Assembly (NCBI GenBank): GCA_900234795.1
Contig: LT962688.1
Coordinates: 3,030,001 to 3,062,000 of the forward strand
DNA length: 32,000 nucleotides
Source of the DNA: Methylorubrum extorquens
Lineage (GTDB): Bacteria > Pseudomonadota > Alphaproteobacteria > Rhizobiales > Beijerinckiaceae
Direction of reading: 5' to 3'
In this document: positions 28,149-32,000 of the stretch, piece after piece
How the letters are laid out: each line of letters opens with the position of its first letter
Position numbering within the stretch: position 1 is the first letter of the stretch
Notes under the pieces: model-generated
Told to the model about the DNA's origin: nothing
Databases searched by the model: none
The model's input: the letters and a program-made list of their open reading frames with translations, nothing else
Made by a program: the position numbers and the translations under genes

Positions 28149-28475
28149 ATGCGTCCCATTCGTACTCTCGGTTTCGCGGCCCTGATCGCCGTCGCGGCCG
28201 GAAGCCTCGCGCCCGCTCAGGCACAATATTACGACGACGGCTACGATGCGCCTCCGCCCCGCGCACGGGCCTATCGCGATCGCGACTGGGGTGGCCCGCC
28301 GCCGCGCCGAGCCATGGGCCTCAATTGCGATGCCGTGCAATCGGGCATCAGCGGCTTGCAGCCGTTCTCCTGCCCTCTGCCCAGCCCGCGCCCGCTGGGC
28401 GCCCGCTGCTTCTGCGATATGCCGGTGTCGTTCCTGAACGGTCCGCGTACGGCCGTCGGACGCGTCGCACCGTAA
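28149..28475 (+). CDS. small secreted Cys-containing protein, family not recognised
   Basis: ATG 28149 has GGAGG 11 nt upstream. Signal peptide MRPIRTLGFAALIAVAAGSLAPAQA. The mature part begins QYYDDGYDAPPPRARAYRDRDWGGPPPRR and is followed by a 4-Cys segment (NCD..FSCP..RCFCD). Confidence 0.55.
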   Translation: MRPIRTLGFAALIAVAAGSLAPAQAQYYDDGYDAPPPRARAYRDRDWGGPPPRRAMGLNCDAVQSGISGLQPFSCPLPSPRPLGARCFCDMPVSFLNGPRTAVGRVAP

Positions 28476-28534
28476 ACGCCTTCTCGCACGACGACGGTCG
28501 GCGGGCCGCGATGCCCGGACACCGAGCCGATACA

Positions 28535-28571
28535 AGAAGAGCCGCGCCGGGATGACCGGCGCGGCTCTTCT
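28535..28571. terminator. 16-bp perfect stem-loop between convergent genes (probable bidirectional terminator)
   Basis: agaagagccgcgccgg-gatga-ccggcgcggctcttct. On the minus strand it is followed by tgtat. Confidence 0.6.
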
Positions 28572-28595
28572 CGAAGTTCTCGATGATCCGGCGCG

Positions 28596-29267
28596 TCAGT
28601 TGACGATGACGGTCGCCCCAACCTTCACGCGGGAATAGAGGTCGGTGACATCCTCGTTGGTCATGCGGATGCAGCCCGAAGAGACCGCCTGCCCGATCGT
28701 GTCCGGCTCGTTCGAGCCGTGGATCCGGTATTCCGACTTGCCGATATACATCGCGCGGGCGCCGAGCGGGTTCTCGATGCCGCCGGCCATGTAGCGCGGC
28801 AGGTCGGGCCGACGGGCGATCATCGCCGCCGGAGGCGTCCAGCCCGGCCATTCGCGCTTGGCGGTGATCTTGTTCACGCCGCTCCAGGTGAAGCCCGGAC
28901 GCCCGACGCCCACACCGTAGCGAACGGCCTGGCCACCCGGCATCACGTAGTAGAGACGGCGCTCGGCCGTGGAGACGACGATCGTGCCCGGCGCGTAGCG
29001 GCTGTTGTACTCCACGATTTCGCGGGGAATACGCGCCACCTGCGCTTGAGCGGCCTCGTCCTCTCCGTAACCCTGGCTATAGCCTCGCGCGCTGGAGCCG
29101 CGCTGCGTGGCATAGGGGTCGTAGACCGGCCAACCGCCTCGCGACGATTGCTCCTGGTAACCATCGTCGTCCGAGCCGAACGGATCGTAGGGCGCAGCGT
29201 TTGCAGCGCCCATCGTGAGAACACAGACGCCGACAACGCCGGCGAGAACAGATGCCAAGGTCTTCAT
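28596..29267 (-). CDS. L,D-transpeptidase (YkuD domain), secreted
   Basis: Signal peptide MKTLASVLAGVVGVCVLTMGAANA. Catalytic region YRIHGSNEPDTIGQAVSSGCIRMTNEDVTDLYSRVKVGATVIV (His...SxGCIRM). Confidence 0.92.
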   Translation of the reverse strand: MKTLASVLAGVVGVCVLTMGAANAAPYDPFGSDDDGYQEQSSRGGWPVYDPYATQRGSSARGYSQGYGEDEAAQAQVARIPREIVEYNSRYAPGTIVVSTAERRLYYVMPGGQAVRYGVGVGRPGFTWSGVNKITAKREWPGWTPPAAMIARRPDLPRYMAGGIENPLGARAMYIGKSEYRIHGSNEPDTIGQAVSSGCIRMTNEDVTDLYSRVKVGATVIVN

Positions 29268-30020
29268 CGCAGGGGCCTACCTGTGCAGTAATCTTTGCCA
29301 TTACAAGCGTGACTGTGCTTGGTCGGTTCCCTGCTGTTTACGGATTTTCCACGACTCGGCCGTCGGGTGGCCCACATCAGCTTGGCCATGGCGATGTGGT
29401 TACTCCCGAATCGGCCACGGCCCGGCGTGACGCGCGACCCGCCTTGAGCCGTCATCCGAGAGCCACGGCACGGCCAAGCAAGGTCGGCTGCCGAGTCGCG
29501 GCAGCTCGTAGCGGTCTCTGCGCGTCAGGCGCGCCGCGGGAAGTATTGCTCGGGTTACCGATTCGGCGAAGCCTCCCGCCCCGTGCTTGCCGGAAAGGCC
29601 GCGGCGTTCCGCGAGAGCGACCATCAATAAGGCCAGCTCAATGCCCTGACTTCACCCAGAAAATCCGCCTCAGAGCCCAATCAAACCGTGGTTCGTCTGA
29701 CTTTTTTCCCCCGCCTCGCCTGATCACTTGGAAACCTAGAAGAGGCCGAGGTATGGATGGCTAGCTTTTCGGAGAACCGAAATGACTTGCGGTACTCCAC
29801 GCGATCGGCGGACCGGTCTTAGCTTTCGCCTGCTGGCAGGATTATCTTGGATGATACCGCGCATCAGGAGCGGGCCGACGGGGAACTCGTCTATGCCGGC
29901 ATGGGCGTCGTCCGCCTGATCGGGGCGACCCTGTCTTCCGGCGTCGTCGGCGCGACGCGGTCGCGGCCTGACGATCACCCAGCACGGCGCCGATAGCTCA
30001 AGACGATGCTTCCCGCGCGG

Positions 30021-30542
30021 TCAGCTGACCGGGGGCGACGGATCGCGGGCGGCCCGCTCGGCCTCGACCAGCACGTCGAAGGCGCGCCACGGCTTCGGGA
30101 TGAACACCGCCCCTTCCGGCAAGGACGTCCCGTGCTCCGGTTCGACGCCGGAGGTCACGACCAGCCGGGTGCGCGGCCAGAGGGTGGCGATGGCTCGAGC
30201 AAGCTGAAGCCCATCCATCGCCCCCGCGAGGCGGATATCGGCGAAGACCAGAGCGACGTCGCCGCCTCTCTCCTGCAGGACGCTCAAGGCACGCTCGGCG
30301 CTGTCGCAGCCGATCACGCGCAACTCGGTCTCTTCCAGTACGCTCTCGGCCAGTTCGCGGGTGTCGCGCTCGTCCTCGACCACGAGGGCGATGCGGGCGT
30401 CCGGACGCTCAACCTTCGCCGGCGCGGCGCGTTCGGCGTGATCGACCCGCCGAACCAGAGCAGCGAGATGGTCGGGAATGCCCTCGGCGACGAGGTTGTC
30501 GTAGCAGGAGGCGAGCGCCTGGCCGATCTGATCGAGTTTCAT
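30021..30542 (-). CDS. response-regulator receiver protein with an N-terminal NepR-like segment
   Basis: Complete receiver signature: VVEDE acidic pair, phospho-Asp context LVFADIRL, VVTSG, FIPKPW. The N-terminal 30 aa are MKLDQIGQALASCYDNLVAEGIPDHLAALVRRVD. Start set at ATG 30542. The ORF stays open to GTG 30644 and neither start has a clear RBS. Confidence 0.85.
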   Translation of the reverse strand: MKLDQIGQALASCYDNLVAEGIPDHLAALVRRVDHAERAAPAKVERPDARIALVVEDERDTRELAESVLEETELRVIGCDSAERALSVLQERGGDVALVFADIRLAGAMDGLQLARAIATLWPRTRLVVTSGVEPEHGTSLPEGAVFIPKPWRAFDVLVEAERAARDPSPPVS

Positions 30543-30733
30543 GCTCGGCAGAAGCGGATCATCGGCGAGCCCCCGATGCGATCGGTCTCGAAACGTGTCG
30601 TTCAAGGCGAAACGATCCTCCCCTGCGCGTCCGGGCCGCACCACACCACAACAAAGCGGTCGGGCGCCGCTCAGTTGCGTCGAAGGAGGATTTTCACCGT
30701 CGCGGGCCCGCCGCGCGGCGGGCGGCCGCAGCT

Positions 30734-31879
30734 CTACTGAACGGTCTCGGCGTCGGCGAGCGCGACAAGGCCGGCCACGGTGCGGACGTCGCGGTAGCGG
30801 TCGCCGCGGGCGTTCATCATCGCCTCGAACTTCTGGTGCACCTGGGCGACCGAGAGGCTCGCGGGCTTGCGGTGGCGGCCCCGGCCGGTGGTGCCGGCAA
30901 AGAAGATCGACCGGTTGGCCCGGGCCGGGCCGGGCAGAAGGGTTGCCGCGGCGGCGGTCGGCTTGTCGACCACCTGGGACAGGAAGTTCTCGGCGTCCTC
31001 CGGCCCGAGGAAGTGCGCGAGGTAGACCTCGCCGAGAGTCAGCTCACGGCCGATCTTCAGGGCGATGCGTCCAGCGTCGCGCTTCAGCATCTCGCCGGCC
31101 ATGACGGCCGAGAGGTAGGGGTCGCGGCGCAGGTCGAGGATGCGGGAGCGCTCGGCCTGATCCTGAATCGACGGCCGGTCGTTGCCGTCCGGAACGATCA
31201 GGCCGGCCTCCTTCTCGTATCCGTATCGGGGTCCGAAATCGCGGATCACGCCGAGCCAAGTGCGCTCGATGAACTGGAACAGTCCGGTGGCCGAGGAGGT
31301 CTTGGCCTGGACGGCGGTGATGAAGCTCGACTCCTTGTCGGCCACCGCCATGAGCAGCACCGGATCGGTCTGCACCGCCTGAGCCGCCTTCACAATCGTC
31401 TGGACGAGGTGGCGGCGGATCTTCATCGGCCCGAATTCGAGGATGTCGTTCGGATCGCCGGTCGAGGTCTGCGAGAGCAGGAAGTCGTAGGAGACGCGGT
31501 CGACCGTGTTGGTACCGAGTTCGGTGTCGAGATCGCCCACGGGGTGGAAGCTCGCGGAGGCGGCCAGCACGCTCGATACCGGCATCTCGGGCGCGAGCGC
31601 CTGAAGGCGCGGCTTCGGCATGGCGAGGTCGGACACCTTGGTCGAGGCCTCGGCCCGGCCGAAATCGGTGCCGGCATTGAGCAGAACCGCGCTCAGTCCC
31701 CCGGCGAGCAGGGTCATGGACAGGATGGAGCGGACCAGAGCCGTGCGGCTGCCGTGATCACGCCCCGTCCGGGAATTCATGGTGATGGCGTCGGAGGACG
31801 GGGTGGGACGCCCGCTCTTGCGAGGAGCGTGGGAGGAAATCTTGGTGGTCCGCGGCGATCCAATCGAACGGCCCTGCAT
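30734..31879 (-). CDS. SLT-domain-like lytic transglycosylase, membrane-anchored or secreted
   Basis: LLMAVADKESSF...TSSATGLFQFIERTWL matches the SLT catalytic Glu-Ser ... GLFQF pattern. A hydrophobic N-terminal segment ALVRSILSMTLLAGGLSAVLL is present. The start is uncertain (31879 or 31780). Confidence 0.78.
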   Translation of the reverse strand: MQGRSIGSPRTTKISSHAPRKSGRPTPSSDAITMNSRTGRDHGSRTALVRSILSMTLLAGGLSAVLLNAGTDFGRAEASTKVSDLAMPKPRLQALAPEMPVSSVLAASASFHPVGDLDTELGTNTVDRVSYDFLLSQTSTGDPNDILEFGPMKIRRHLVQTIVKAAQAVQTDPVLLMAVADKESSFITAVQAKTSSATGLFQFIERTWLGVIRDFGPRYGYEKEAGLIVPDGNDRPSIQDQAERSRILDLRRDPYLSAVMAGEMLKRDAGRIALKIGRELTLGEVYLAHFLGPEDAENFLSQVVDKPTAAAATLLPGPARANRSIFFAGTTGRGRHRKPASLSVAQVHQKFEAMMNARGDRYRDVRTVAGLVALADAETVQ

Positions 31880-32000
31880 CGTTGTCGTCGCTCACTCTTC
31901 GTGATGGCGCCAGCGGCGTATGGGCAACAGTTACGCCGCCGGATGTGGCGCAAACACGGCCGAGGTTGTGGCATCCCCAAGGCAGTGCGGGGCAATTTGC

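Noticed and set aside
29268-30020. tmRNA, SRP RNA, 6S RNA, tRNA or a known riboswitch in the large intergenic region
   Set aside because: By eye there is no tag-peptide reading frame (ANDN...), no T-loop GGTTCGAAT-type sequence, and no match to the B12 box or to the TPP, glycine, ykkC or GEMM cores. The region is left as an open finding rather than a feature call.

Overview
High-GC (by eye roughly two-thirds to 70% G+C) alphaproteobacterial chromosomal window. NepR/EcfG-type motifs, DUF1236 and the overall protein look suggest a Methylobacterium-like member of the Rhizobiales, but that is inference only. Most of it is ordinary core genome. In order: a small membrane protein, a class I/II aminotransferase, a DUF1236 secreted protein, a small NepR-like protein, mscL (-), an EcfG-type ECF sigma factor, gyrB (-), an MBL-fold hydrolase (-), an acyl-CoA thioesterase (-), a tiny membrane protein (-), a secreted Tyr/Arg/Pro/Gly repeat protein (-), a DUF1508/YegP protein (-), a DEAD-box helicase (-), an RTX-type calcium-binding repeat protein (+), a small hypothetical (-), 3-mercaptopyruvate sulfurtransferase, a heparinase II/III-like protein, purH, an MFS (MHS-type) transporter (-), actP (-), DUF485/yjcH (-), acs (-), a PAS sensor kinase-like protein (-), a phasin (+), a small secreted Cys protein (+), an L,D-transpeptidase (-), a receiver-domain protein (-) and an SLT-like transglycosylase (-). 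I found no tRNA, rRNA, CRISPR array, transposase or integrase, and no obvious defence island. The observations most worth a second look are these. (1) A NepR-like anti-sigma motif is translated in frame with the EcfG-type sigma factor, a second copy of the motif sits on the N-terminus of a receiver-domain protein, and a stand-alone NepR-like ORF lies nearby. (2) The PAS kinase has Arg (CGC) where the H-box histidine should be, while its ATPase boxes look intact. (3) Two abutting perfect palindromes lie in front of the phasin gene. (4) The RTX-repeat gene is compositionally atypical, has an AT-rich upstream patch and has no type I secretion genes in the window. (5) A secreted protein ends in (F/Y)YGPRR repeats encoded by an 18-bp tandem DNA repeat. 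(6) About 750 bp of non-coding DNA (29268-30020) is unexplained. All family assignments come from reading the translations; no HMM or database search was run.
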